NCBI RefSeq assembly: GCF_004010195.1
Contig: NC_057718.1
Coordinates: forward strand, 84,671,730 to 84,735,729
Direction of reading: 5' to 3'
DNA from: Chiloscyllium plagiosum
Taxonomy: Eukaryota
Length of the DNA stretch: 64,000 bases
This document shows positions 1 to 13,759 of the stretch, piece by piece. The notes under the pieces were generated by a model. That model did no database searches, was not told the origin of the DNA, and saw only the letters and a program-made list of their open reading frames with translations. Position 1 is the stretch's first letter; every line of letters begins with the position of its first letter. Both the position numbers and the translations under genes were made by a program.

Positions 1-943
1 CATTTGTATTCCTCTGCTCCCCACCTACTCGTGCATCTGTCCAGATGCATCTTAAATGAATCTACCGTGCCTGCCTCTACCACTTCTGCTGGCAATGCGT
101 TCCAAACGCCCACCACCCTCTGTGTGAAGTACTTGCCGTGTGTATCCCCTTTAAACTTTCCACCTCTCACCTTGAACGCATGACCTCTGGTTATTGAATC
201 CTTCACCCTGGGAAAAAGCTTGTCTCTATCCACCCTGTCAAGACCCTTCATGATTTTGTAAACCTCAATCAGGTCCCCCCCTCAATCTCCTTTTTTCTAG
301 TGAAAATAAACCTAACCTAGTCAACCTCTCTTCATAGCTAACACCTTCCATACCAGGTAACATCCTCATAAACCTTCTCTGCACCCCCTCCAAAGCGTCC
401 ACATCCTTTTGGTAATGTGGCGACCAGACTGTACACAATATTCTAAATGCGGCCGAACCAATGTCTTGTACAATTTTAACATGACTTGCCAGCTCTTCTA
501 CTCAATATCCCGTCCACTGAAGGCAAGCATACTATATGTCGCCTTGACCACTCTATCCACGTGTGCAGCAACCTTCAGGGTACAATGGACCTGCACTTCC
601 AGATCTCTCTGCCCGTCAACTTTTCCCAAGGCTCTTCCATTCATTGTCTAATTCGCTCTAGAATTAGACTTGCCTAAATGCATCACCTCATATTTGTCTG
701 GATTGAAAGCCATCTGCCACTTTTCTACCCAATACTCCACTCTATCTATATCCTCCTGTATTCTCTGACAGTCCCTTATGCTTTCTGCTACTCCACCAAT
801 CTTTGTGTCATCTGCAAACTTGTTAATGATACCAACAGTGCCCTCTTCTAGATCATTTATGTATATTACAAACAACAGTGGCCCCAATACTGACCCCTGT
901 GGAACACCACTGGTCACCTTTCTCCATTTCGAGAAACTCCCTT

Positions 944-985
944 CTACTATTACTACTACTCCTACTCCTACTCCTACTCCTACTC
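944..985. repeat. (TAC)n/(TACTCC)n microsatellite expansion inside the CR1 RT region
   Basis: tactactactcctactcctactcctactcctactc; produces the spurious poly-L, TP and SR ORFs. Confidence 0.85.
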
Positions 986-2489
986 TCTCTCCTGTTGCTC
1001 AACCAGTTCTTTATCCACCTAGCTAGAACACCCTGCACACCATGTAACTTCACTTTCTCCATTAGTCTACAATGGGGAACCTTATCAAATGCCTTACTAA
1101 AGTCCATGTATATGACATCAACAGCCTGCCCTTCATCTAACAACTTGGTCACTTCCTCGAAGAACTCTATCAAGTTGGTAAGGCATGATCTTCCCTGCAC
1201 AAAACCATGTTGCCTATCACTGATAGGATCTATTTATATTTAGAAAAGAATGATCTTACCTCTTAGTATCCTCTCCAGCAACTTCCCCACCACTGACGTC
1301 GGGCTCACTGGTCTGTAGTTACCCTACTCCCTCCTTGTACAGGGGGACAACATAAGCTACCCTCCAGTTCTCTGGCATCTCACCTGTATTTAAGGATGCC
1401 ACAAAGATATCTGTCAGGGCCCCAGCTATTTCCCCTCTCTCCTCCCTCAGCAACCTGAGAGAGATCCCATCCGGTCCTGGGGATTTGTCCACCTTAATAA
1501 CCTCTAGCATACCCAACACATCTTCCCTACTTATGCCAACGTGATCCAGACTAATCAAACTTCTATCTCTAATCTCAAGATTCATCATGTTCCTCTCCTC
1601 CGTGAACACTGATGCAAAGTAATCATTCAGAATCTCACCCATTCTCTCAGGTTCGGCACACAGCCTTCCTTCATTCTTTTACTGGACCAATCCTTTCTCT
1701 AGTTACCTGCTTGCTGCTTATATAAGAATAAAATGCTTTGGGATTTTCCTTAATTCTGCTTGCTAAAGCTATTTCATGACCCCTTTTCACCCGCTTGATT
1801 CTTTGTTTAAGACTGGTCCTACTCTTCCGATATTCCTCAAAGGCCCATTCTCTTAGCTGCCTAGACCTTATGTACCCTTCCCTTTACCTCTTGGCTAGTT
1901 GTACAATTTCTGCTGTCATCCACGGTTCACGAATCTTGCCCTTCCTTCCTTTGCCTTCAACGGGACATGCCTATCCTGCACTACCATTAACCTATCTTTG
2001 AAAGCCTCCCACATCTCAAATGTGGATTTCCCTTCAAATAGCTGTGTCCAATCCACATTTCCAAGCTCCTGCCTGATTTTGATATAATTGGCCTTGGCCC
2101 AGTTTAGTACTCTTCCCTGAGGACCACTCTCTTCTTTATCTACGAGTATTCTAAAACTTACAGAATTGTGGTCACTGTTCCCAAAGAAATCCCCCCCCCC
2201 CCTGCCATCGCAACTTCTACCACTTGTCCTGGCTTGTTCCCCAGTACCAGGTCCAATATGACCACTTCTCTCGTCGGACTATTGACTTACTGCTCTAGAA
2301 AACTCTCCTGGACGCTTCGTACAAATTCTACTCCATCCAGACCTCTGATGCCAAGTGTATCCCAGTCAATGTTAGGAAAATTAAAATCTCCCATCACCAC
2401 TACCCTATTGCCTCTGCATCTATTCATAATCTGTTTACCTATTTGTTCTTCTACCTCACTCTCACTGTGTTTGGAGGTCTGTAATACAG

Positions 2490-2576
2490 AGATGGAAATG
2501 TGTTGCTGGAAAAGCGCAGCAGGTCAGGCAGCATCTAGGGAACAGGAGAATCGACGTTTCGGGCATTAGCCCTTCT
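2490..2576 (-). mobile_element. Short Penelope-derived insertion with truncated hammerhead-like core
   Basis: Matches the terminal region of the GIY-YIG-bearing element at 59811-60385; flanked by duplicated tctgtaatacag (2478-2489 and 2577-2588). Confidence 0.8.
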
Positions 2577-4484
2577 TCTGTAATACAGCCCCAACAATGT
2601 AACTGCACCCTTCTTATTTCTCAGCTCCACCCATAATGCTTCACTACCCAAGACCGCCATAGTGTCCTCCTTTAGCACAGCAGTGATATCGTCCCTGACC
2701 AGCAATGCAACTCCACCCCCTCTTTTACTTCCATCCCTGTCCTGTCTGAAGCGTCTATATCCCGGAACATTTAGTTGCCAATCATCATGCCCTTCCTTCA
2801 ACCAAGTCTCTGTGATGGCAATAATGTCATACTCCCAGGCACCAATCCAAGCCCTACGTTACACACTATACTCCTTGCATTAAAGTAGATGCATTTCGGG
2901 CCACCAGTTCTTTTGCGCTTACCTGCTCTCTGCCTATTCTTCCCTTTATTAATGTTATCTTGATAATTCTTAGTCTCCACCTCGCTGCCTACTTGTTTAC
3001 TCTTCTGGTTCCCAGTCCCCTGCCACATTAGTTTAAAACCTCCCCAACAGCAGTAGCAAAAACTCCCCCAAGGTCATTAGTTCCAGTCTGGTTCAGATGT
3101 AGACCTTCCCTTTTGTAATATTCCCACCTTCCCCAGAACCGGTCCCAATGTCCAACAAATCTGAACCCCTCCCTCCTACACCATCTCAAGCCACGTGTTC
3201 ATCCTGCCTATTTTTTCATTTCTATGCTGGCTAGCACATTGCAGATCACTACCTTTTGAGGTCCTCCCCTTTAACTTCTCTCCTAGCTCCCTGAATTCTT
3301 CTTCCAGGACCTCCTCTCTCTTCCTACTTATATCGTTGGTGCCTATATGCACCAACTCAACTGGCTGTTCACCCTCCTCTTTTAGAATGCTCTGCAGCTG
3401 ATTGGTGACATCCCTGACCCGAGCACCTGGGAGGCAACATACCATCTGGGAGTCCCATTTGAGGCCATAGAACCGCCTATCTACTCCCCTCACAATAGAA
3501 TCCCCTATGACTATGGCCCTACGAGTCTTTTTCCTGCCCTTCTGAACAGCAGTGCCTACCACAGTGCCATAATCTTGACAACTGCTGCCCTCCTCTGGTG
3601 AGCCATCTTCCCCAACAGTATCCAAAACGGTATACCTGTTTTGGAGGGAGATGACCTCAGGGGACACCTGCACTGCCTTCCTGCACTTTTTCTGTCTTTT
3701 GGTCACCTATTTACGGTTTCCCTCAGCAATCCTAACCTGTGGTGTGACCAGTTCACTAAACGTGCTATCCACGAAAGACAGTTCTTTGAAATAGCTGTTC
3801 AATAAGTCCCCAACTCCCCTTTTTCCTACAGTCTGCATTTTTTAAAATTCTAAGTATTTAATAATGGTTACTCTTGAATTTTGCTTTTGTTCCCCATTCT
3901 GGTCACGTATTCCTGATCATCATGACTTGCTGTGTTTTACATGTATACCCTCATGTCACCTGATTAGTTGATTTTCTTTTCACCTGTGCCTTTAAAATCT
4001 TGTTCTCTGGTAAGCAATCCTTCTGCCATGACAAGCAATTTCTTTCCTTAATCAAATGATCATGACTTTGAACATTCAAAGTCAAGGTAAATGGGTAATT
4101 TAATAAAGTAAAGCAAATATCTCAAGTTTCTTTAGTCTTGTAAGGAGAGTTTAATCTCTGTACAATTTTAGTAAATCTCTTCTACACCCATGTCCTTTCA
4201 AAATGGAGTGCCTAGAATTGGACACAATGGTACTATTCTAGTCTGTAGCTGAGATCTAAAGTGTTTTATCAAGGATTGCCAAAACTTTGCTGGTTTTGTA
4301 CTCTGCATTTGCTTACAAAACTGAAGAATGCTATCTGCTTTTTAAACAGTTTCCTTAACCTGTTCTGTTACCTTCAAAGATTTATATTAATGTGCTCCAT
4401 TTTGTTTGTGCACCCCTTTAAAAATGTGCATTTCGTTTCTGTTGACTTTCCTGATTCTGGTTTCCAAATGATTTATCAGACTTC

Positions 4485-6520
4485 TAGTCATAGAGGTGTA
4501 CAGCATGGAAACAGACCCTTCGGTCCAACTCGTCCATGCCGACCAAATATCCCAACCCAATCTAGTCCCACCTGCCGGGACCCACCCCATATCCTTCCAA
4601 ACCCTTCCTATTCCTATACTCATCCAGATGCCTTTTAATATTGCAATTGTACCAGCCTCCACCACTTCTTCTTCTGGCAGCTCATTCCATACGTGTACCA
4701 CCCTCTGTGGAAAAAGTTGCCCGTTAGGTCTCTTTATATCTTTCCCCTCTCACCCTAAACCTATGCCTTCTAGTTCTCGACTCCCCCACCCCAGGAAAAG
4801 ACTTTGACGATTGATCCTATCCATGCCCCTCATGATTTTATAAACCTCTAAGGTCACCCCACAGCCTCTGGCACTCTAGGGAAAATAATCTCCGACCCTC
4901 CAGGGTACAACATCATCCCTGTGCCTAAGAAGGCTCATGCAGCATGTCTCGATGACTACCGTCCGGTGGCTCTAACCTCAGTGGTCATTAAGTGCTTTGA
5001 AAGGCTGGTTATGGCATTTATTAACTCTAGACTCCCCACTACTCTTGACGCACTCCAATTTGTCTGTTGCACTCAGATCCATGTCAGATGCCTTATCACT
5101 TGCCCTTCTCTCCTCCCCAGAACATCTTGACACCAAGAACAGGTACGTAAGAATCCTACTCATCGACTACCGTTCAGTCTTCGAAACTGTTATCCCCGTG
5201 AGACTGATTACTAAACTTAGTGATTTCTGACTAAGGCCCACTCTCTGCAACTGGATCCTCTGTTTCCTGACCCACAGGCCACAATCAGTGAAGATTGGGG
5301 ATAATATTTCACCCTCATTAACACTCAACACTGAAACCCCCCCCCGGGGTGTGTACTCAGCCCCTCCTACTCTACTCACTGTACTCATGACTGTGTTGAA
5401 AATACCAGACTAATGTCCTTTACAAGTTTGCTGATGACACCACTACAGTTGGTCGAATGTTAGATGCCGATGAAACAGACTACAGATAGGAGGTGGAAGA
5501 CCTGGAAAAATGATGCACTGAGAACAACCTAGCTCTCAATGCTGGCAAAACCAAGGAAGTCATTGACTTTCGGCATGATGTTATTCATGGCCCCCCCGGC
5601 ACATTTAACAGCACAGGTGGAACGAGTGGAGAGTGTCAAGCTCCTGGGAGTGGTCATCAACAACAAGCTTTCTTGGGCTCTTCATGTGGATGCACTGGTC
5701 ACAAAGGCCCAACAACGTTTCCTCTTCCTCAGCCAGCTGAGAAAATTTGGCATGACGGCAGAATCCTTGGCAACCTGTATAGGTGTGTCATTGAGAGCAT
5801 TCTGTCTGGATTCATCACTACCCAGTATGGCAAATGTACCATTCAAGATCGGAGACTGTTATAAAGAGTGGTGAACTCTGCCTGGACAGTCACAAAGGCC
5901 AACCTCCCATCTATAGAATCCATCTACCAGGCCCATTGTCAAGGAAAGGCCACCAGCATTCTCAAAGATCCATCCCACCCTGGTAATGCTTTTCTACAAT
6001 CTCTACCATCGGGTAGAAAGTACAGATGCCTGAACACGCACCAACTGGTTTCGAAACAGTTTCTACCCTTCTGTTGTTAGGATATGAATGGACTCTTAGC
6101 TTTCATTTGTACCTGTGTTTTTGTTTTGCCGCTGTTTACGTATTTACTTAGCCCTGCTATTTTTAACTATGTGATCTGCCTGTATTGTTCACAAGACCAG
6201 CTTTTTACTGTGCCTCAGTACACGTGACAATAAATTCAATTCAATTTGATTCAAAACAGCCCCAGCCCATTCAACCTGTCCCTATAGCACAAATCCTCCA
6301 ACCCTAGCAACATACTTGTAGATCTTTTCTGAACCCTGTCAGGTTTCACACCATCCTACCAACATGACCTCCCAACTCCTGTACTCAATACTCTGCCCAA
6401 TAAAGGAAAGCATACCAAGCGCCTCCTTCACTATCTTATCTACCTGTGACTCCACTTTCAAGGAGAGATGAACCTGCACTCCAAGGTTTCTTTGTTCAGC
6501 AACACTCCCCAGGACCTTCT
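4485..6520 (-). mobile_element. CR1 LINE 3' portion, split by a + strand LINE (pieces ~4485-4888 and ~6253-6520)
   Basis: WNELPEEEVVEAGTI C-terminal motif and the shared CR1 3' tail; sequence resumes at aaaacagcccc after the insert. Confidence 0.85.
4896..6252 (+). mobile_element. Rex1/Babar-like (or L2-group) non-LTR retrotransposon, 5'-truncated
   Basis: [57 protein letters not shown]; 3' end caataaa followed by an (ttcaa)-type tail. Confidence 0.8.
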
Positions 6521-6559
6521 CTGCATTGAAGTTTTATCTGCTATAATAACTTCAAAGTT

Positions 6560-7535
6560 TGGCTCTGCTGGTTAATTTGTTTAAAAACAACACTTTAACA
6601 CAATTCATTCACACTTATTACAGAGCACATTACATACGCAGTCCTTGTAAGCCTAGCTCCCAGATGCATTTGCAGGGTAAGCCCCCACATGTCTTTGCAG
6701 ATTCCCCACTGTGTCCAAGATTGGACTAGGAAGTCACATGACCCCTCTCAGCTCCGCTATAAAGGGGCCAACTGCTACATTCCGCCTCTTAAGTCCCGTA
6801 TAACACATCAAATAATTGAAAGACAAAATAATCAAAACAGTAATGGAAAGAATACTTTTACATTATTCCATCAATATCTCAATATCTGTCGGGTGGCTTT
6901 ATCTTCTTGCAGTGTGATGTTACTTAACTGACTGAGATTCTTCTAATGAGGTAGTTACTGTTGGATTTGTTTCACAAGGAATTGCTCCTGGTACCATTGT
7001 TTCACCTTCCTCTGTTGCCTAGGGGATAACAGTCTGGCCTTTTTTTGGATAATCTGACAGTTCAGTTCACAGGCGACCCACAACCCTTCCTGCTGACATC
7101 CATTGGGATCAGATCGTAACTTTGGCTCTTGCCCACAGAAGAGATGCAGATACTTGGCCTATTTTGACTACAATGCCTCCTGGAACCCAGTTTGGTCTGC
7201 TACCAAGGTTCTTGGAGAACACTGGATTGCCTGTCTCAAACACTTCTGCACTTTTAAATGAATAGTGGTTCCTCTGTTGTTCCCGCTCTCCCAGTTAAGT
7301 TTGGGAACATTAGACTTAACCTAGTCCTCAACTAAAGATGCATGGGCAGTTCAGCTGGAAGGACCTTAGTGGTCATATGTGGGGTGATCCTACGATGATT
7401 TAAAAAAAAACGCTGTCAACTTTGTGTTTAAAGCCAAGGTAGTTACTTCTTCAAGCCACTTGAAGAAGTTACTTGAAAGCTTTCACTGCTTTTTCAGATG
7501 GTCCATTGGGCGAACGACAGTACAGTGTTGTTCTG
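6560..7535 (-). mobile_element. Gypsy/Ty3 LTR retrotransposon relic: integrase C-terminus, PPT and probable 3' LTR
   Basis: Minus strand reads ...LRTRLSLMFP...FETGNPVFSKNLGSRPNWVPG; purine tract aagaggcggaa directly followed by TGTAGC at 6779. Confidence 0.6.
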
Positions 7536-7539
7536 ATAT

Positions 7540-10090
7540 AGTCCTAGAGATGTACAGCACAGAAACAGACCCTTTGGTCCACCCATCCATACCGACCAGA
7601 TATCCCAATCCAATCTAATCCCACTTGCCAGCACCCGGCCCATATCCCTCCAATCCCTTCCTATTCATCTACCCAACTAAGTGCCTTTTAAACATTACAA
7701 TTCTACTAGCCTCCACTACTCCCTGTGGCAGCTCATTCTACACATGTACCACCCTCTGTGTGAAAACGTTGCCCCTTAGGTCTCTTTTAAATCTTTCCCC
7801 TCTCACCCTAAACCTATGCCCTCTAGTTCTGGACTCCACGACCCCAGGGAAAAGACCATGTCTATTTATCCTATCCATGCCCCTCATAATTTTGTAAACT
7901 CTATAAGGTTACCCCCTAGCCTCCGACCCTCCAGGGAAAACAGCCCCAGCCTGTTCAGCCCCTCCCTATAGCTCAAATCTTCCAACTCTGGCAACATCCT
8001 TGTAAATCTTTTCTGAACCCTTTCAAGTTTCACAATATCCTTCCGGTAGGAAGGAGACCAGAATTGCACGCAACATTCCAACAGTGGCTTAACCAATGTC
8101 CTGTACAGCTACAACATGACTTCCCAATTCCTGCACTCAATACTCTGACCAATAAAAGAAAACATACCAAACGTCATCTTCAATATCCTATCTACCTGTG
8201 ACTCCACCACCTATGAACCTGTACTCCAAGGTTTCTTTATTCAGCAACACTCCCTAGGACCTTATCATTGAGTGTATAAGTCCTGCTAAGATTTGCTTTC
8301 CCAAAATGCAGCACCTTGCATTTATCTAAATTAAACTCCATCTCCCACTTCTCAGCCCATTGGCCCATCTGGTCCAGATCCTGTTGTAATCTGAGGTAAC
8401 CTGTTTTGCTGTCCACTACACTTCCAATTTTGGTGTCATCTTCAAACTTACTATACCTCTTATGCTCACATCCAAATCATTTATATAAATCATGAAAAGT
8501 AGAGAACCTAGCACCGATCCTTGTGGCACTCCAGTTGTCACAAGCCTTCAGTCTGAAAGACAACCCTCCATCATTACTCTCTGTCTTCTACCTTTGAGCC
8601 AGTTCTGTATCCAAATAGCTAATTCTCCCTGTATTTTGTAAGATCTAACGTTGTTAACCAGTCTCCCATGGGGAACCTTGTCAAATGCCTTTTTGAACCC
8701 CATATAGATCACATCTATCGCTCTGCCCTCATCCATCCTCTTTGTTACTACTTCAGAAAACTCAATCAAGTTTGTGAGACATGATTTCCCACACAACCAT
8801 GTTGCCTATCCATAATCAGTCTTTGTCTTTCCAAATATATGTACAGAGATGGAAATGTGTTGCTGGAAAAGCGCAGCAGGTCAGGCAGCATCTAGGGAAC
8901 AGGAGAATCGACGTTTCGAGCATTAGCCCTTCTTCAGGAATCGATGTTTCGGGCATTAGCCCTTCTTCAGGAATATAAGTACATCCTGTCCCTCAGGATT
9001 CCCTCCAACAACTTGCCCACCATCGAGGTCAGGCTCACTGGTCTATTGCTCCCTGGCTTGTCCTTACCACCTTTCCTAAACAGTGGCACCATGTTACCAA
9101 CCTCCAGCCTACCGGCACCTCACCTGTGACTATCGATGATACAAATATTTCAGTACGAGGCTGAACAATCACTTCCCTAGCTTCCCACAGAGTTCTAAGG
9201 TAACCTGATCAGGTCCTGGGGATTTATCCACTTTTATACATTTCAAGACATCCAGACTTCCTCCTCTGTAATATGGACATTTTGCAAGATGTCACTATCT
9301 ATTTCCCTACATTCTATATCTTTCATGTCCTTTTCCACAGTAAATACTGATGCAAAATACTCATTTAGTATTTCCCCCATTTTCTGCGGCTCTACACAAA
9401 GGCCGCTTTGCTGATCTTTGAGGGGCCCTATTCTCTCCCTTGTTACCCTTTTGTCCTTAAGGAGAATCCAAAGGGTTTTTACAAATTCATTAACTCTTTG
9501 CCAAAGCTATCTCATGTCCCCTTTTTGCCTTCCTGATTTCCCTCAAGTATACTTCTACTGCCTTTATACTCTAAGGATTCACTCGATCTATCCTGTCTAT
9601 ACCTGACATATGCTCCCTTCTTTTTCTTAACCATACCCTCAATTTCTTTAGTCATTCTGCATTCCCTATACCTACCAGCCTTTCCTTTCACTCTAACAGG
9701 AATATACTTTCTCTGGACTCGTTATCCAAATTCTGAAGGCTTCCCATTTTCCAGCCATCCATTTACCTGTGAACCTTTGCCCCCAATCAGCTTTTGTAAG
9801 CTCTTGCCTAATACTGTCAAAATTGGCCTTTCTCCAATTTAGAACTTCAACTTTTAGATCTGGTCTATCCTTTTCCATCAATATTTTAAATCTAATAGAA
9901 TTATGGTCGCTGGCTCCAAAGTGCACCCTAACACCTTAGTCACCTGCCCTGCCTTATTTCCTAACAGTAGGTCAAGTTTTGCACCTTCTCTAGTACGTAC
10001 ATACACATACTGAATCAGAAAAATTTCTTGTACACAGTTAACAAATTCATCCCCATCCAAACCCTTAACACTATGGCTGTCCCAGTCTAT
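7540..10090 (-). mobile_element. CR1 LINE (HER1-like), endonuclease end to 3' tail
   Basis: LDLLLGN, SDHNSI, KSCLTNLIEF, KAFDKVPH and VQFWSP...LERVQKRFTRM motifs in broken frames. Confidence 0.9.
8846..8971 (-). mobile_element. Short Penelope-derived insertion with two tandem hammerhead-like cores
   Basis: 33-nt unit repeated at 8905-8937 and 8938-8970; imperfect TSD aatatatgtaca / aatataagtaca. Confidence 0.8.
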
Positions 10091-10094
10091 AGTT

Positions 10095-10850
10095 CTGAAA
10101 CTACACCCTGGCAAAATTTGTTGTGTTGTCTGAAATGAAAGCCTCTGGTACCCTGTGAAACACTGGTGTGGTTTTTCACTTATGACGTACAAAATTGTGG
10201 ACCACCATCCACTTTTGAATGGGTATCCACTAACAACATAAACATTTTGCTCATAAACAGACCAACATAGTCATGTGGATCCTAACCTACTGTCAACCAG
10301 GCCATTTCCATGGACGTAGTGGAGTTATGGCAGATACCTTCTGAAAATGGCACTGATTGCAATGCTTTACCACTCCTTCAATTCCTACATCAATGTCAGG
10401 CCACCGAACATAGCTTCTTATTTACAACTCCGTTTTTTGACATGACCGGATGAGCACTCTTCCAGTAATAATTCTGTCCTGGTCTAAGAATGACAACACT
10501 CAATCACCAGGGATGATACCATTTTCTCAACTCAGCTTATTTTTCCTGATCTGCTAAGGTTTAATTTCTTAACAGTCTTCTATTCTGCCAACTGTACAAT
10601 ACCGTTGCTTTCATCTTTGATAACTGTGGATCTCTGTCAGTCCAGTACTTGTTGAACCGATAAAGGCAAGGTGTATAGAAAATTCATGGCCATCGTCTTC
10701 CAATATTGTGAAGCATGTATCCATCTCTGGCAAGGGCAAACTACTCAGGGCATCTGCGTTGGCAATATATATCCCAGGGTGGTGATCAATGGCATACCGA
10801 TAAGCCAACATGAACAACATCTAATGCTGTATCTGACCCGAAGCTATGTC
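10095..10850 (-). mobile_element. Gypsy relic, RNase H end and integrase N-terminal part
   Basis: LAYRYAIDHHPGIYIANADALSSLP; degenerate LVDTHSKW integrase motif near 10215-10240. Confidence 0.7.
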
Positions 10851-10859
10851 CTCTCATTC

Positions 10860-13755
10860 TGGACTCTCCCACCCCAAAGAAAAGTCCTTTTCTATTTACC
10901 CTATCCATGCCTCTCATGATTTTATAACCTCTATAAAGTCACTCCTCAGCCTCCAACATTTCAGGGAAAACAGCCCCAGCCTATTCAGCCTCTCCCTATA
11001 GCTCAAACCCTCCAACTCTGGCAATGCCCTTGTAAATCTTTTCTGAACCCTTTCAGGTTTCACAAAATACTTCCTACAGCAGAGAGACCAGAATTGCACA
11101 CACTATTCCAAAAGTAGCCCAACCAATGTCCTGAACGGCTGCAAAATGACCTCCCAACTCCTTGACTCAATGCTCTGACAAATAAAGGAAAGCATACCAA
11201 AATCTACCTTCACTATTACTATCTACTTCCAAGGAACTATGAACCTGCATTCCAAGGTCTCTTTGTTCAGTAACATGCCGCAGGACCTTGCTATTAAGTG
11301 TACAAGTCCTGCTCTGATTTGCCTTTCCAAAATGCAGCACCTTGCATTTATCTAAATTAAACTCCGTCTGCCACTGCTCAGCCTATTGGCCTATCTGATC
11401 AAGATTCCATTGTACTCTGAAGTAATCTTCTTCGCTGTCCACTATACCTCCAATTTTGTTGTCATCTGGAAACTTACTAATCACCCCTCCTATGTTCACA
11501 TCCAAATCATTTATGACGAAAAGCAGTGGACCCAACACCAATCCTTGTGGTACACCACTGGTCACCGGCCTCCAATCTGCAAGTCAACCCTCCACCACCA
11601 CCCTCTGTTTTCTCCCTTTGAGCCAGTTCTGTATCCAAATGGCTAGTTTTCTCTGTATTCCGTGTAATCTAATCTTTCTAACCAATCTGCCGTGAGGAAC
11701 TTTTTCGAAAGCTTTACTGAAGTCCATATCGATCATATTTACTGCTTTGTTCTCAGCGATCCTCTTCTTAACTTGATTGAGTTTTTATTTGAAGTAGTAG
11801 TTAAAACTTTATTTCCCACACAAAGCCATGTTGACTATCCTTAATCAGTCCTTGCCTTTCTAAATACATGTAGATCCTGTCCCTTAGGATTCCCTCCAAT
11901 AATTTACCCACCACTGATGTCAGGCTCACTGGTCTATAATGCCCTGGCTTTTCCTTACCATCTTTTTTAAATAGTGGCACCACAATAGCCAACCTCCAAT
12001 CTTCTGGCACCTCACCTGTGACTATTGATACAAATATTTCAATAAGGGGCCCAGCAATCACTTCCCTAGCTTCCCACAATTCTAGGGTACATCTGATCAG
12101 GTTCAGGGGATTTATCCATGTTTGTGAATTAAGACACCACCTCTGTAATATGGACATTTTTCAAGATGTCACCATCTACTTCCTCACATTCTATATCTTC
12201 CATGTCCTTCTCCACAGTAAACACTGATGCAAATTGCTCATTTAGTATCTTCCCCCATCTCCTGCGGTTCCCCACACAGGCTGCTGTACTGATCTTGGAG
12301 GGGTCCTATTCTCGCCCTAGTTATCTTTTTGTCCTTATGTATTTACAATCTTAGTGTTAGTATATTAGTCCCTTCCAATTCAGGTGCAATCTGTATTCCT
12401 TATACTGATCGCTTTTACTCAGAAGAGATTCCAGTGATCCCAAAATGTGAACCCTTCTCCCCTGCACCTGTTCCTCAGCTACGCATTCATCTGCTCTGTC
12501 CTCCTATTCCTACCCTCACTAGCTTGTAGCACTCTGAGTAACCCAGATATAACTACTCTCCAGGACCTCCTTTTTTAATAAAAGAGCTGCCTGACATTCT
12601 ATATTCTCCCATCCGAATCTCATCCTTTTTCTTTCCCGTGTTGTTAGTTCAAATGTACACAACGACCTCCTGCTGGTCTGTTTCCCCTTTGAGAATGTTC
12701 TGCACTCTCTCCAAGAGATCCTTGACCCTGGCACCAGGGAGGCAACACCATTCTGATTTCTTGCTGGCTGCCGGAATACCTGTCTGTGCCCCTGACTAGT
12801 AAGTCCCCTATCGCAATCAATAGCTTGGAACCAGACATCCCCTCGTTATGTTAGAGCCAGTCTTGGCACCAGAACCTTGGCTGTTCATGCTACAGTCCCC
12901 AAAGTCTCCATCACCCCCTACATTTTCGGAAAACTGACCCGTTTGAGATATGGGTAGCCACATGAGACTCCTGCAGTACGTACCTCAATCTCCTACCTTT
13001 CCTGCAGGTAACCCATCTATCTGACTGTCTGTGGTTTTTCTCTCTTCTAAAACTGCCATCCATCACACCCCGGCTCCTGTAAGTTCTTCATTGCATCTAA
13101 CTGCTGATCCATGCGATGTGATAGGATTCACAACCAAAGACCTTTCCTGCAGACCTAATCTCCCACATCCAACAGGAAGAGTACATCTCTCTACTAAAGG
13201 CCATCTTTGCTCTTTAACAATCAACAGATCCAGACAATAGCATCATCTTACTGCTCTTAAAAAAAAAACACTGCTCCAAGCTAAGTTTGTACCCATGTTT
13301 TATGTTTTAAAAATTTAATCAAGAGACAGATCTCAATCAAACATAAAATGAAAAAAAAGCCCAGTCTATTCACTACTGTAGATTTACAGCAAGGTTACAC
13401 TTAAAAACTGCACTCAGCTTCTGCTGTGCTGGGAGCTCTCCCACACACAGGTTCCTCCAAGGTCAGCTGTGAATTTTGCTGTTTATTAATTTTTCTTAGG
13501 TGCACTCTGTCCAGAGACTTGAAGTCAAACAACAAAGGCAGTAACTGTGCAGATTCACTGCTGTCAGTCAGCAGTGTAGGTTTCTGTCTGTCTTTGTTTG
13601 TTTCTCCTTTTTAAAGTGCCATTGTTTTTATCTTTTCCCCCTCAAATGTTCCAAATCAATGCAACAATTTATAAAACAGTAATTCTGCTGCTCAAATTCA
13701 AGGAAATCAGCTCCCACACCTAAAATACCTCCAAAAAAGAGGAGCTGCTGTTACA
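10860..13755 (-). mobile_element. CR1 LINE with 5' region and ORF1, large internal deletion near 12345
   Basis: IAIGDLLVRG esterase remnant (12644-12838), VPEDWRLAIVVPLFKK...YRPVSLTSVVGKLLE, SGVPQG, C-terminal motifs. Confidence 0.85.
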
Positions 13756-13759
13756 GCTA

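Larger units (their letters stand above)
1..3775 (-). mobile_element. CR1-clade LINE (HER1-like), decayed, internally deleted; ORF1 esterase, endonuclease and RT remnants
   Basis: Minus-strand ORFs: IVIGDSIVRG...VHIGTND (SGNH esterase, 3176-3706), GGGVALLV endonuclease remnant (2535-2801), KSPGPDG (1319-1642), YMDFSKAFDKVPH, SGVPQGSVLGPLLF, KFADDTK (648-1200); frameshifts and stops. Confidence 0.9.

Noticed and set aside
778..1243. Poly-Leu, TP-repeat and SR-repeat ORFs suggesting a signal peptide or SR protein
   Set aside because: Translations of a microsatellite inside a dead CR1.
3176..3706. Stand-alone SGNH/GDSL esterase gene
   Set aside because: It is CR1 ORF1, collinear with downstream endonuclease and RT remnants and repeated at 12.6, 37.2 and 61.5 kb.
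8905..8970. CRISPR-like repeat
   Set aside because: Two adjacent units with no spacer, in eukaryotic context, with no cas genes.
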